NCBI GenBank assembly: GCA_965242695.1
Contig: CBDESU010000002.1
Coordinates: 1,024,001 to 1,088,000, forward strand
DNA length: 64,000 nt
Direction: 5' to 3'
From: Cenarchaeum sp.
GTDB lineage: Archaea; Thermoproteota; Nitrososphaeria; Nitrososphaerales; Nitrosopumilaceae
In this document: positions 38,869 through 49,787 of the stretch, one piece after another
Layout of the letters: every line of letters begins with the position of its first letter
Position numbering within the stretch: the first letter of the stretch is position 1
Position numbers and translations under genes: made by a program
Notes under the pieces: generated by a model
The model's input: the letters and a program-made list of their open reading frames with translations, nothing else
What the model was told of the DNA's origin: nothing
Database searches by the model: none

Positions 38869-40059
38869 CTACCGGGTTCGTAGTGACGCGTAGGATGCTC
38901 CGGACAGGGTCCATGTCCAGTGGGCGTCATCGTTGTGGCTTATATGGACATTGTGCGCGCTGAGATACGCGCACCCTCGTCTAGCATCGTGATCAGCCCA
39001 ATGTACCGACGCAGTACTAAATTGCGCCCGTAGGTAGTTGTTGATGTTTGGATCCCCGCTGGTTCCGCAAGAGCTGACCAAGATCGCCGGTACGGTACCA
39101 CCTTCTGCGTGGCCTAATTCTTCACCCACCGGAGTTCTGATCATGGGCGGCTGAAAATTAATGATGTACGCCCCTGTAGTGGTCCCATGTTTGGCCAGCG
39201 AACAGCTCCCATAATTGCAATCTATGACTCTTACAAGCATGGACGTGACGTGTTCGACGGACACCGTGGCAGCGTGCGCCATGGGAAGAAAGTACTCTGT
39301 AATCGGGTGTGCTGTTTCTGTTACGGGTGCCGTGTAGGGCAACTCCTCTTCGTATATTTTTTCGTCTCTAACCTTCTTCATGAACGCGGGGTCGCAGTCG
39401 AGATCGTGTTCGCACAGCGCAATGGCTGCCGTAACAGCCCAAAAGGCCGTGTCGTTGGCCATGAGATCGCGCGGCACGTTGCCGTGTCGTGCCTGTTCGT
39501 CAAAGGCAGCTATGGCTTGTGATACAAGATCAGGACCAAGTTCGCTTTTTATCTCGTCTATTCTGGCGTCAATGTCACCGGCACTGTCAGGTATGTCGTA
39601 CTTGGCCATTGCCCAGTCGTGGAAGCGCTTTTCCGGATCACTGGCCGTGTAGACGCCTTGTAGCCTATCTAGTGCTTTGGATAGAGCGACCAGTTCAAAA
39701 CCATTCCCAGCTTCACCGGACATGACGTCGAAGTTGTGGGTGACTAGCACCGTCTTTTTCATTGCTTCGTTCCACCCGTTTTTTTCCGTGTCGTAGGATA
39801 CAAATGCCTTTATCGCTTCCTGCTTGTTCTCGAACTCTACATCGTCCTCTTTCTGCGAGGTCCACTCTGCGTCGTTCCTGTCCAACAAGATGTCGTCGGG
39901 GATCTTGTCGTACTGTGCTTTTGGGTCAAACATCTGCGTCAGCGTGGCGTTAGTCTCTTTCCCCATGTCGGTAGCCGCTGCTTGCGGAGCCCCGAGAAGG
40001 GATACTGCGGCGCCTGCCAGTAGCAAAAGCATGACCGTTCTTGTGTTTCCCTTTGTCAT
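38869..40059 (-). CDS. Secreted lower-GC hypothetical protein (~396 aa)
   Basis: Signal peptide (LLLLAGAAVSLLGAPQAAA); tttata upstream; followed by a T-tract. Confidence 0.7.
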   Translation of the reverse strand: MTKGNTRTVMLLLLAGAAVSLLGAPQAAATDMGKETNATLTQMFDPKAQYDKIPDDILLDRNDAEWTSQKEDDVEFENKQEAIKAFVSYDTEKNGWNEAMKKTVLVTHNFDVMSGEAGNGFELVALSKALDRLQGVYTASDPEKRFHDWAMAKYDIPDSAGDIDARIDEIKSELGPDLVSQAIAAFDEQARHGNVPRDLMANDTAFWAVTAAIALCEHDLDCDPAFMKKVRDEKIYEEELPYTAPVTETAHPITEYFLPMAHAATVSVEHVTSMLVRVIDCNYGSCSLAKHGTTTGAYIINFQPPMIRTPVGEELGHAEGGTVPAILVSSCGTSGDPNINNYLRAQFSTASVHWADHDARRGCAYLSAHNVHISHNDDAHWTWTLSGASYASLRTR

Positions 40060-40149
40060 TGCCCGCGCCACCCCTATCTGGTATAAAAGGCATGCCTGCC
40101 CCTGGGGCGCGCGCTTGATCGCCACTCGCAGGATTCCAGCGGCCCGCGC

Positions 40150-40470
40150 GCCCGCCCAAGGCTGAGCCGGTGCACGGCATGCCGCCCTTGACCTAGCGCC
40201 AGCCTGGCGAGCGCCTCGGACAGGCCGTACCTTTTGCGTCGCAGCCTCAGGGCCTCGTCGGCCTCGCCGCCGGACGCGCGGGCGGCAGTCCAGCGCGCCA
40301 CTGCCCCGTGACCCTGCCGCGGATTGTGCACGCGGCGGCCTCGACGGCGGGGTCTTGCCAAGCGCCTTGCCTTGCCCGCCTTGCCGCGCGTGACAAAGCA
40401 CGTCACGCCGCCGCCGCCGCTGTCGGCCCACGGATGCGTGCGTCCCGACGGGTTGCCTGCCGGCGCCTTG
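40150..40470 (-). pseudogene. Degenerate copy of the PPOX-class oxidoreductase gene
   Basis: Long near-identity to ~41770-42080 (SGGEADEALRLRRK.YGL.EALARLA) with indels and a lost 5' end. Confidence 0.8.
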
Positions 40471-40568
40471 GGGTGGCGTTGTAGCCACACCAAGCGGGCC
40501 TGCTAGACTGCCCGGCTCCGTCCTCGCCGAAGCGCCCGAGCGGGCGCCCGGCTCCCCCCGCCGTCCTG

Positions 40569-41603
40569 CTACGGGAAGCAGGGCGTGTCGAGCGGCTTGG
40601 CCCGCACCTCGGGCGGGGCCAGGTAGCACCTGTGCTCGTCCGAGTACCTCAGGTCGGTCAGCCTGTTGCCCCATCCGACCCAGAAGGACTCCATGACGCA
40701 GCCCTCGCCCGTGGGTAGCCATCCCCTGTTGATCATCTTCACGGCCCTGTACGCGTCCCCGCCGGTGTGGTTCAGGGCGAGGGCGATGGCGAAGTTGGGC
40801 GATCCCGGCCCCGCAAGGTCCACCCTCGTGTTCTGCGCGACGTACTCTAGCACGCTTCCGTTCGGCGCGGGGCCCGTCATTGAGAAGCGCTCCGGGGACA
40901 GGTGCACCGCGTACTCTAGCACGCTTCCGTTCAGCGCCGGCCCCGCCCTTTGTATGAGCACCCGCGTCTCCTCGTCTGCGAGCTCGTAGGGCGCCGGCTC
41001 CTTTGCAAAGCACGAGATCGTATAGGCGCCGGCCGTCACCCAGTCGGGAAGTCCGCAGGATGCCGGCTCCGTTCCGTTCCCCGCAAGGTAGCACTCCCTG
41101 CTCTCGTCGTACTCTAGGTCGAGCAGGCTTCCGCCCCCCGCGACGTACTCGTGCTCCCACACGCACGGGCCGGCCGGCGCATTGTACCAGTTTAGCACAG
41201 TGACCGTCTTCATCAGCGACTCCCCGTCCCCCGTGTATCCGGGGACGCTGCCTGCGGCGGACTGTATGGTTCTCGGAATCAGGTTGGGCCCCTGCCGCGA
41301 GTTGGCTATGAAGTACTCGACGTACTCGTCGCCTTCGTGGCGCAGCGGCCCGGGCCCGGGCTCGCCGCCCCTTGCCTCGATCGCGCGGACCTCGTCCTCG
41401 TGGCCGGGGTACGGCGGCGGCCAGTTGTGGTAGCACGACAGGAGCCTGCCCGGCGGTATGTCGTATGCCGGGTTGTGCATGGTCGCCATGACGGCGACCG
41501 CGAGCAGAACGGCGACGGGGGCGGATGCGAGCGCAAGCGCGATGGTGCGGCTGCCTCCGCCTGTCGGGGCCGCCGCCCTGCGGACGTTCTCGTCTGCCCC
41601 CAT
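40569..41603 (-). CDS. Membrane-anchored protein with an internal two-fold Cys-pair repeat (paralog of 43166..44137)
   Basis: CVWEHEY..LEYD..CYLA, APYELADE.TR, LEYV.QNTRVD shared with the paralog. Confidence 0.75.
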   Translation of the reverse strand: MGADENVRRAAAPTGGGSRTIALALASAPVAVLLAVAVMATMHNPAYDIPPGRLLSCYHNWPPPYPGHEDEVRAIEARGGEPGPGPLRHEGDEYVEYFIANSRQGPNLIPRTIQSAAGSVPGYTGDGESLMKTVTVLNWYNAPAGPCVWEHEYVAGGGSLLDLEYDESRECYLAGNGTEPASCGLPDWVTAGAYTISCFAKEPAPYELADEETRVLIQRAGPALNGSVLEYAVHLSPERFSMTGPAPNGSVLEYVAQNTRVDLAGPGSPNFAIALALNHTGGDAYRAVKMINRGWLPTGEGCVMESFWVGWGNRLTDLRYSDEHRCYLAPPEVRAKPLDTPCFP

Positions 41604-41728
41604 CCCGCATTCCGCCCCCGCCCCGTCATGCCGGTTGCCGTGGATGATCCCTGATCCTGTGCGAATTGCGGCGGATGCGGGAGCGGACGGGACCGCTTAC
41701 GGCGGAGTAGCCCGGCATGCCTGCGCAC

Positions 41729-42151
41729 CTAGTCCTGCCGGGCGCCTGCGCCGCTCCCGCCGTTCTGCCCAAAGTTGAGCCGGTACACGGCGATGCCGCC
41801 CTTTGACCTCGTCGCCAGCCTGGCGAGCGCCTCGAACAGGCCGTACTTTTTGCGTCGCAGCCTCAGGGCCTCGTCGGCCTCGCCGCCGGACACGAGGGCG
41901 GCGGTCCCTCGCGCCCACTGCCCCGTGACCCTGCCGCGGATTGTGCACGCGGCGGCCGCGACGGTCGGGTCCGCCGCCAGGCGCCTAGCCTTGCCCGTCT
42001 TGTCGCGCGTGACAAAGTACGGCACGCCGCCGCCGGAGACCACAAAGCACACGGGCGTCCTGACGGCCCGCCCGCCCGCGCCGTACGTCTCGAGGCTGAC
42101 GTACTTTTCGCGCCCGTCCACGCCGGGGATGCCCCCCGCGCCGCCTTCCAT
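41729..42151 (-). CDS. PPOX-class putative F420-dependent oxidoreductase
   Basis: YVSLETY..G.AVRTPV, TGKARRL, ACTIRG, KKYG. Confidence 0.8.
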   Translation of the reverse strand: MEGGAGGIPGVDGREKYVSLETYGAGGRAVRTPVCFVVSGGGVPYFVTRDKTGKARRLAADPTVAAAACTIRGRVTGQWARGTAALVSGGEADEALRLRRKKYGLFEALARLATRSKGGIAVYRLNFGQNGGSGAGARQD

Positions 42152-42373
42152 GCCCCCCGCACGCCCCGCCCCGATTTAAACACATTCTGCGATGCGGCCG
42201 TGTCGCGCGGCAGGATGCGGCATGCGCTCCTGTCCAGTTGCCGAACGCGTACGGTGCGCCCCTGGCCGTCCGGCGCGCGCGTCAGCTTCGGCGCAGGCGG
42301 CCCCTGTTGGCACCACGGGGCGACCGCCTTGGCCGGACCGTGCCGGCATGACGCACGCCCTGCTCCGCGCGCG

Positions 42374-43093
42374 CTATTCGTAGCAGAACGCCTTCCTGAG
42401 CTTGCTGAACGCCTCGTCGAGCTCTCGCGTGGCGTCGAGGATATCGACGTCGGGGCCGAGCACCCTCTGCCGGTGCACCTCGTCGAGCACCTTCTTGGCC
42501 GCGCCGACTATCCTCTTGTCCGTGCGGCCAAGTGTGATGCCCTTGCTAACCTTGTCGACGTCGACGTCGACGCCGTGCCTGGCCGCGGCCGCCTCGATGT
42601 GCGCCCTGCTCAGGAGCGAGACGCCGCGCAGCACGCAATGCTCGTTCTTGTCCTGCAGGTGCGAGTACGTTGCATGCTCGAACCTAACGTACTCTGCGGC
42701 ATGCTCGTGCATGGTCATTGCGCTTGTGTGGAGGATCGTCGTATAGAGCTGGTTTGAGAACGTCCCGTTGTAGTCGACGGGGCCGGCCGTTATCATGCCT
42801 CGCATGCGGACGTGCGCCGACGTGATCTTGACGGCGCTGAGCTTCATCGGGTCGGTCACCATGGCATGCTCCTGCGCCGCGACGGCCGCGCCGTGCCTGA
42901 ATATGGCCTCGGTCATGGGCGGCTCGATCGTGTTGAGCATGGTCGTCGACAGGCCTCCGCTTGCCGAGCTTTGCATCGTGTAGTTGTGGCCCTCGTTGTG
43001 GACCACATGCAGCGTGTGGCCGGGCCCGAACCTCCCCTTGAACTCGGCGGCCAGCCGCTCTATCTGCTCGGGGCTAGGCTCGAACGCATCCAT
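42374..43093 (-). CDS. Hypothetical protein
   Basis: 239-aa ORF with host-like codon usage. Confidence 0.6.
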   Translation of the reverse strand: MDAFEPSPEQIERLAAEFKGRFGPGHTLHVVHNEGHNYTMQSSASGGLSTTMLNTIEPPMTEAIFRHGAAVAAQEHAMVTDPMKLSAVKITSAHVRMRGMITAGPVDYNGTFSNQLYTTILHTSAMTMHEHAAEYVRFEHATYSHLQDKNEHCVLRGVSLLSRAHIEAAAARHGVDVDVDKVSKGITLGRTDKRIVGAAKKVLDEVHRQRVLGPDVDILDATRELDEAFSKLRKAFCYE

Positions 43094-43165
43094 GGGCGGG
43101 CCGCGCCCGGTCCGTATTTGAGCGGTTTGGCGCCGCGAGCCGGGCCGCCCCGCTCCCGCCGCGGG

Positions 43166-44137
43166 TCATCCGCCCCCGCCTTCCGCCCCCTGCAGGTCTT
43201 CCATGTCGTAGTGGGGGGCCAGGAGCCGCCAGTCGCCAAGCCGCGCCCCGTTGCACACCCCGATCACTACCCCGTCGTCCATGTCCCACGCTGGCGCCAC
43301 GTAGCACCTTGCCTCCTCCGAGTAGTCTAGGCCGGACAGGCTCCTGCCCGAGTTGATCCAGGCCTGCTCCATGAGGCAGCCCGTGGCCTGTGGATGGTAG
43401 TTGACATTGAGCACCTTTATCGCCCTGTACGCGTTCCATCCCGTCCTGTCCATCTCCCTCTCTATCACCGTCATGTGGTTTTTGATGGCCATGTCCACGC
43501 GCGTGTTCTGCCTGACGTACTCTAGCGCGCCGGCCTCGTCGGGCGGCGCCGGCCCGGCCCTCTCGACTAGCAGCCGGGTCTGCTCGTCGGCAAGCTCGTA
43601 GGGGGCGGGCGACCCGAAGCGGCCGTCCGCCAGGTAGCACTTGCGGCCCCGGTCGTACTCCAATTCCGACAGGTTTCCGCCCCATGCTATGTACTCGTGC
43701 TCCCACACGCACCCGCCGGGGGGCGCGGCAAACTGGTTTTCGACCACCACTGTCACCGCGGCCCTCATTCCTTCGCCCGTCCTCTCGCCCGGCCCGGACA
43801 TGGCGTAGATGACGCCCAGCCGCGACTTGGCCCGCGAGTTGTTTTCCACGTACCCGTACAGCCACTCGTCGGGGTGCGCGTACACATCCCGCCACACAGG
43901 CCAGCCCTCCCTTGACACGAGCGCGCGTATCTCCTCCCTGTAGCCCTGGTGCGGCGGCACGTAGCCGAAGCTGCAGGGTGGAATGTCCGGCTCGGTCGAC
44001 GCGTCGTGCGCCGACGCCATGGCGGCAACCGCCAGCATCGCCGCGGCCGGGGCTGCAAGGAGCAGCACGGCGCCGCGCCGCATCCTGAACGGCGCCGTCC
44101 CGCCGCCCCCTGGGCCACGCCCGGCCTCCAACTGCAT
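43166..44137 (-). CDS. Membrane-anchored protein (paralog of 40569..41603)
   Basis: Shared motifs with the paralog; start uncertain. Confidence 0.75.
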   Translation of the reverse strand: MQLEAGRGPGGGGTAPFRMRRGAVLLLAAPAAAMLAVAAMASAHDASTEPDIPPCSFGYVPPHQGYREEIRALVSREGWPVWRDVYAHPDEWLYGYVENNSRAKSRLGVIYAMSGPGERTGEGMRAAVTVVVENQFAAPPGGCVWEHEYIAWGGNLSELEYDRGRKCYLADGRFGSPAPYELADEQTRLLVERAGPAPPDEAGALEYVRQNTRVDMAIKNHMTVIEREMDRTGWNAYRAIKVLNVNYHPQATGCLMEQAWINSGRSLSGLDYSEEARCYVAPAWDMDDGVVIGVCNGARLGDWRLLAPHYDMEDLQGAEGGGG

Positions 44138-44164
44138 CAGCCCCGCTTTCGGCCACCCGCCGCG

Positions 44165-44800
44165 TCAGAGCCTGACGCAGACAAGCTCGCCGTTGTCGAG
44201 GGGCACGACGACGGCCCGCACCGATGCGCATTCCATGGCGTGCCTTACGAGCGGCCTCATGTGCTCGGCAAACCTCTCCGGCCTAGTCACGTTGTCGACT
44301 CCGATGATGCCTCCCCTCCTGACCAGCGGCAATACGGCATCAAAGTACTCTATCGACCTCTCCTTGTCGGCGTCGATGAACGCAAAGTCGAACCTGCCGG
44401 CCGAGCCGGGCCCCTTTGCGATGCGGCCGAGCGCATCGAGCGCGTCCCCGTGCATGATGTCGACGGCGCCGGCGACCCCCGCCCTCTCGAGGTTGGCCCT
44501 GGCCCGCTTGACCTTTGCCGCCTCCGCCTCGATCGTCGTCACCCTGCCGCCCCCTCTTCCCGCGGCGGCGCCGGCCGCTACGACGGCCTCGGCGAACCAT
44601 ATGGTCGAGTACCCGACGGACGTGCCGATCTCCAGTACGCGCCCTGCGCCGGCGGCGCGCAGCATGATGTTGTACATCTTTCCGATGTCGCGCGTTATGG
44701 CCATCATCTTTTGGCGGCCCGGCACGGAGCCGGGGTCGTCAAGCTCGCGCCTCTCCTGCGCCTCCAGCTCGCGCAGGACGGCGTCCATGCGGTCGTCCAT
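44165..44800 (-). CDS. SAM-dependent O-methyltransferase (CCoAOMT-like)
   Basis: VLEIGTSVGYST, FDFAFIDADK, GGIIGVDN. Confidence 0.9.
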   Translation of the reverse strand: MDDRMDAVLRELEAQERRELDDPGSVPGRQKMMAITRDIGKMYNIMLRAAGAGRVLEIGTSVGYSTIWFAEAVVAAGAAAGRGGGRVTTIEAEAAKVKRARANLERAGVAGAVDIMHGDALDALGRIAKGPGSAGRFDFAFIDADKERSIEYFDAVLPLVRRGGIIGVDNVTRPERFAEHMRPLVRHAMECASVRAVVVPLDNGELVCVRL

Positions 44801-45200
44801 GCCTGCGCGGCCCCGCCCCCCGATAAAACGCCTTTCGGCCACTGCGGCGGCGTCCGACGCCGCACAGGCCCTGTTCGGCCGGCTGCATGCGCCGCTACCG
44901 CCGCTTCGCCGCGTGACGTACGCGCACACCCCTGTGCCGGCGTCCATTGTTGGACGCTTCTCTGCCGCCGCCGCGCCGATCCTACTGCGGCGTTGCGCCT
45001 GCCCATCCGCCCGCTCGTCCGCTGCGCGGAGATGCCGCCGTGCGGCATTGCGCCGCCAAGTGGTTGTCCTGCACCGCTGATCCGCCCCATGTACTGAATC
45101 AAGGGCGGGGCACGCGATGGCGCGCCCCCTAGGCCGTGCGCAGGCAGGCGGGGCATGCCGCACATGTCATTTATATGGAAAGGGGATTAGCTGCCTAGAC

Positions 45201-48200
45201 ATGAAATCCATCCTTGATGCAACCCGCGACGATCTCGACCGCCTCTCCGATACAGAGGCCGTAGAGCTCTTTGCGAGCCTACTCTGGGCGGACTCTTTTG
45301 CCCGCGGGATACGAGCCGAGATTGAAGTGCCGCGCAACACCGATGCCCGGGACGGGGGAATCGATGCGACTGTCAGGGCGCCTGTCGACACAGCGGGGCC
45401 GGGCGTCATAGGGCCGGGCGTCACAAGATACCAGATAAAGTCGGGAAGGGGGTTCAATCCCGCCGCCAAGGATGCCCGGAGGCAACTCCTGTTCAGGCCG
45501 GGGGGCAGCGGGCTGCGCCCTCGCATCAAACACTGCCTTGACGCAGGCGAGGCGTTTGTGGTGGTGCTATTCGGCACCGATGCCCCCGGTCACGAGCAGG
45601 ACACGGCACGCCTCATCCGGGAGGATCTTGCGGGGGTCGATCCGTCCTACAGGGATGCGAGGGTGGAGGTCTGGTACCAGAGCCTGCTACTCGAGCACCT
45701 CAAGAGGCACCCCGCCCTGCAGAGGCGAGTAAAGGGCACGTCCAACATCCCGTTCCTCTCCCATCCTCAGTGGGCATCGACCGAGGACATGGCACGGCGG
45801 TTCGTGTCTGGCCCGCCGCAGGAAAAACTTGTTGCCAGGGCCCGCGATGCGCTGAGGAGCGCGGGCGGCGCAGATGTGCGCATAACGGGCAGGCCGGGCA
45901 GCGGCAAGACCCGCATCGCGCACGAGATTACCCGGCCAGGCGACCTGGAGGCGCTTGTGCTCTACTTTGAAACCCCTCATATGCACTCCTCGACAACTTT
46001 CTGGGCGACCTGATCGCCAACGACGGCGCCAGGGCAATACTGGTTGTCGACGAGTGCGACACGGAAAACTGGCACTATTTCCGGAATCGACTCGCAGGCG
46101 CGGGCGGACGAGTCGGGCTGGTGACCATACACAACAAAAAGGACGATCCCGAGTGCTACGAGCTCGACGATCTCGGCCTGGCCGAGATCAGGGCGATCAT
46201 CAAGGGGTACGGAACAGAGGCCCCGGACGACGCAGTCGACGAGCTTGCTCGCAGGTGCGAGCCGTCGCCCCGGTACGCACACCACATGGCCAAGATACTG
46301 GCATCGGATTCGGGCGGCCTTCCCGACCTCTCGCTTGGCAAGGACGCGGTCCACGAGCACTATATCGGGGCGGGGCTGGGCCCCAACGACGGCGATCGGG
46401 CCAGGAGAAGAAAGACTGTACTCCTGCGGTTTTCCCTCTTTGCCAGGGTCGGCTATGAAGGTTCTCGCTCTGGCGAGTACGAGTTCATACGGAAAGTGTG
46501 CGAGCAGGAGGCCGGGATCACGCCAGACGAATTCAACACAATAGTCCATGAGTTGCGCGGGCTAAAGATCCTGCAGGGATACAAGGAGCTGTACATCGCC
46601 CCACACATGCTGCACCTCTGGCTGTGGAACGAGTGGTGGAGTATACACGGGCACAGCCCTGCCCCGGGGACGTTCTTGTCGCCGGGCGATGGCGGCATGC
46701 CGGACGCGCTGAAGATGGCGTTTCGCGAGATGATTGACAACAACAACTCCGACCCCAAGATCGCCGCCGCCGCGGCCGTCCTGCTGGGCGACGGCGGTCC
46801 GTTCGACGAGGGGGGCGGCGATGCGCTTGAGGATACCGAGAGCGCAAGGACATTTGCCGCGCTGGCCGGGGCCGATCCGGACTCGGCGCTGCGCCTGCTT
46901 GAGAGAACAGTATGCAAGTGGGACGACCGGCGCCTTGGCGGGTTTGTCGCCGGCCGCCGGCAGGTCGTGGGGGCCATTGAGAGGATGGCCGAAAAATCGG
47001 AGGACTTGGAGGCCGCCGCGCACGTGCTGTCGCGCCTGGCAGCCAGCGAAAACGAGATCGGCATCGCCAACAACGCCACGGGCATACTCGCCCGCCTGTT
47101 CGTCATGGCGCCGGCCGCGCTGGCCGGCACGCCGGCTAGCGTAGAGGATCGCCTCGCACTGCTCGCCAAGATGCTCGGGCACAAGGACAAGCGCCGCCGC
47201 GCGCTGGCGCTCAAGGCATGCGACTCGGCCCTAGAGTCGATCCACGCCTCGAGGCTAGACTACGAGCGGGACCGCATTCACTGGAGCCCGAGGGGGTGGG
47301 TTCCGGCCGGGGAAGAGGCCGCCGCGTACCGGCGCGTCATCTCCATGCTGTGCGGGATGCTCGATTCCGCCGACCCCGGCGAGGGGCGTACCGCCGCGGC
47401 CATTATCATAGGGAGGGCGCCGGAGCTGACTCGGCTCCAGGCAGTTTCCGGCTCGGTCGTCGACGCGCTGCGCAGGGTGCTCGAAAAAGGCGCAGCGGAT
47501 CGCCTCGAGGTGGCCAAGACGGCCGAGCTCGTGCTCAGGGCGAACGAGGAGCGCATGGACGGGGAGGCGGCAGCCGCATGCAGGCGGCTTGCCGCAGAGC
47601 TTGCGGGCGGCGACTACGGCTCTAGGATGAGGCGCTACGTGGGCAATGTTATTCCGTCCGGCGCGTCCAGCCTGCCGGACGGGCCTGGGGCCGCCAAGAT
47701 CGAAACGGCCGTGCGGGATCTTGCCGCCGAGTCGCTTCGCGACAGGGATGAGCTCCTGGGCCAGTCCGACTGGCTGTTCGGCCCCGGCGTCGGACGCGCC
47801 CAAATGTTCGGCAGGGAGCTTGCCGCGCAGGATTCCGGCCATGCCCTGCTGCCGGACCTGATCGATGCCATGTCCAAGCCGGGCGGGGATCTGTCGGGGC
47901 TGCTGATCGGCGGGTACCTGGGGGAGGTCTCGCGCGGCGACCCCGTCCTCTGGGAGTCGACAGTGGATGCAATGGAGCGCAGCGGGCGCCTTGCCCCGCT
48001 CGTGCCGGCCGTCGTATGGTGGTCGAGGATCACCGACGGATCGTGGGGCCGCCTAGTGCGCATGTACCGCAGCGGGGCGGCCAAGAAGGATGCGATTGCC
48101 ATGTTTGCCCACGGCGGACGCGCCTGCGAGCTGTCCTACGAGGCGTTCTGCGAGGCAGTCGGGATCATGCTAGAGGCGCCGTCGGCCGGCGACACAAGGG

Positions 48201-49018
48201 CCGCGCTTGCGCTGCTGTCGGGACGCTGCGTGTGCAGGGATCCAGAGCGAGAAGTCCCCGCCGAGGCCGCGTGCAGGGTGCTGCTAGACGACGTCTTCAT
48301 GGCCGGCCCCCGGGAAGGCAGCAGGGCTAGCATCGTAGACATACACTGGGCCACGGTGGCCGAGAGGCTGGCCCGCGACGAGCCCAGCCTTGTCCCGCGC
48401 ATGGCCGGCGCGGCGTTTCGGTCCATGGGCTCGGACGGCGGCGTGTTCTCCGGACCCCGCGGCAGGGCGTTTGGTGCGCTCGACGCGATGGCCGAGAGGA
48501 TGCCCGAGCAGGTGTGGGAGTGCGCCGCAGACTGCCTGGCGGCCCCGCCCGACCAGAGGTCGTACAGGATACTCGAGTGGGCCAGCGGGCGCATGCCGGG
48601 GGAACAGACCTGGCCTGGAGCGCCGCCCAGGCCGGGCGCGGCGGCCCGCGCCGCCCCTCTCCTAGAAAGGGTCAGGCCAGAGTCCGTCTGGGCGTGGGTC
48701 GAGAGGGACCGCGTGCCGAGGGCCAGCTGCATTGCGGAGTTTCTGCCCCGGACGATCTCTGGCCAGGGGTGCATTGCACGCAGGCTGCTCGTCCGGTACG
48801 GCGCCCACAAGCGGGTAAGGGATGCGCTGCACCGTAACTTTAGGGATGCCGCATGGATGGGCTCGGGCATCGACTACTTTGCGAGGGCGAGGAAAGAGTG
48901 CAGGGAGATCGCCTCGTCCGAGCCCGATCCGAACGTGCGCGCGTGGCTTGACGAGCGGATCGAGATCATCGACGGCGCGCTGGCCAAGGAGATGGCGGTC
49001 GAGGCGCGCATGCGGTGA
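45201..49018 (+). pseudogene. Mrr-like PD-(D/E)xK nuclease + STAND NTPase + helical repeats (Avs-like defence protein), split by a 1-nt frameshift near 45970
   Basis: DGGIDA..YQIK; Walker A GRPGSGKT (45888-45911); Walker B ILVVDE (46037-46054) in the -1 frame, which stays open from 45971 to 49018. Confidence 0.75.
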
Positions 49019-49054
49019 CCGGCTCGCCAGCGGGCCGCCCGCCGCGCCGCGCCA

Positions 49055-49762
49055 CTATTCCCCCGCCGCCGATACCGCCTCGTCCGCCTCCATGGCCGCC
49101 TCTAGCTCCTCCCTCGAGACCAGCCCGCGCTCGGTTATCCTTTCGTACAGCTCGGGATAGACGAACTCGGCCTCCGAGTAGGCCAGGATGCGCTCGTACT
49201 CCTCTGCAAAGTAGTCGCGCACCACGTCGGCGCCGGATGCGCCCTTGACGTCGAGCCCGTACGCGCGCGCGAGCACGTCGTGGCGGAGGCCCTTCATGGA
49301 CAGCCCGTTGAGCGCAAGGTGCATCTGCAGAAAGTCGACCACATCGGGGCCGTCGAGCAGCCTGCGGTGCAGCCACTTGTCGGCGTCTATACGGTGCGCG
49401 GACATGCGGGCGTACAGGAAGAACAGGTCGAACCGGAGTATGTTGTGGCCTATGATCCTGAGCCTGTCCGACTGCGCGCCGCGCTGCAGGTCGCCGACCA
49501 GGTTGTAGAAGCGCCGCAGCATGCCGGCCTCGCCGCTGTCCCACTCGGTCAGCCTGAACACGTGGCCGTCGTTGACCCTGTACGTTATGACGATGACCTT
49601 GCCCTCGAACGGCGAGAGGGCGCCGCGCTCGACGGCCCAGTACAGGCCCCTGTCCGGCGAGTCCCTGTTCAACTCGCCCGCGTCTATCCTTGCGCGCGCC
49701 TCGAGGTACTCCTTTGCCGCCATGCGCGGCGCCGTCTCGATGTCGACGAACAGGTTGGGCAC
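49055..49762 (-). CDS. RNase H-fold 3'-5' exonuclease-like protein (DnaQ/PolB-exo type)
   Basis: FVDIET, GHNILRFD, Y...E. Confidence 0.7.
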   Translation of the reverse strand: MPNLFVDIETAPRMAAKEYLEARARIDAGELNRDSPDRGLYWAVERGALSPFEGKVIVITYRVNDGHVFRLTEWDSGEAGMLRRFYNLVGDLQRGAQSDRLRIIGHNILRFDLFFLYARMSAHRIDADKWLHRRLLDGPDVVDFLQMHLALNGLSMKGLRHDVLARAYGLDVKGASGADVVRDYFAEEYERILAYSEAEFVYPELYERITERGLVSREELEAAMEADEAVSAAGE

Positions 49763-49787
49763 GGCGCGGCGCGGCGGCGCGCGAAAA

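Noticed and set aside
38869-41610. 913-aa ORF as a single gene
   Set aside because: The upstream part overlaps another gene and a pseudogene out of frame; only 38869..40059 looks coding.
45960-45990. Programmed -1 ribosomal frameshift in the Avs-like gene
   Set aside because: No canonical X XXY YYZ heptamer in the correct frame; an indel or sequencing error is more likely.
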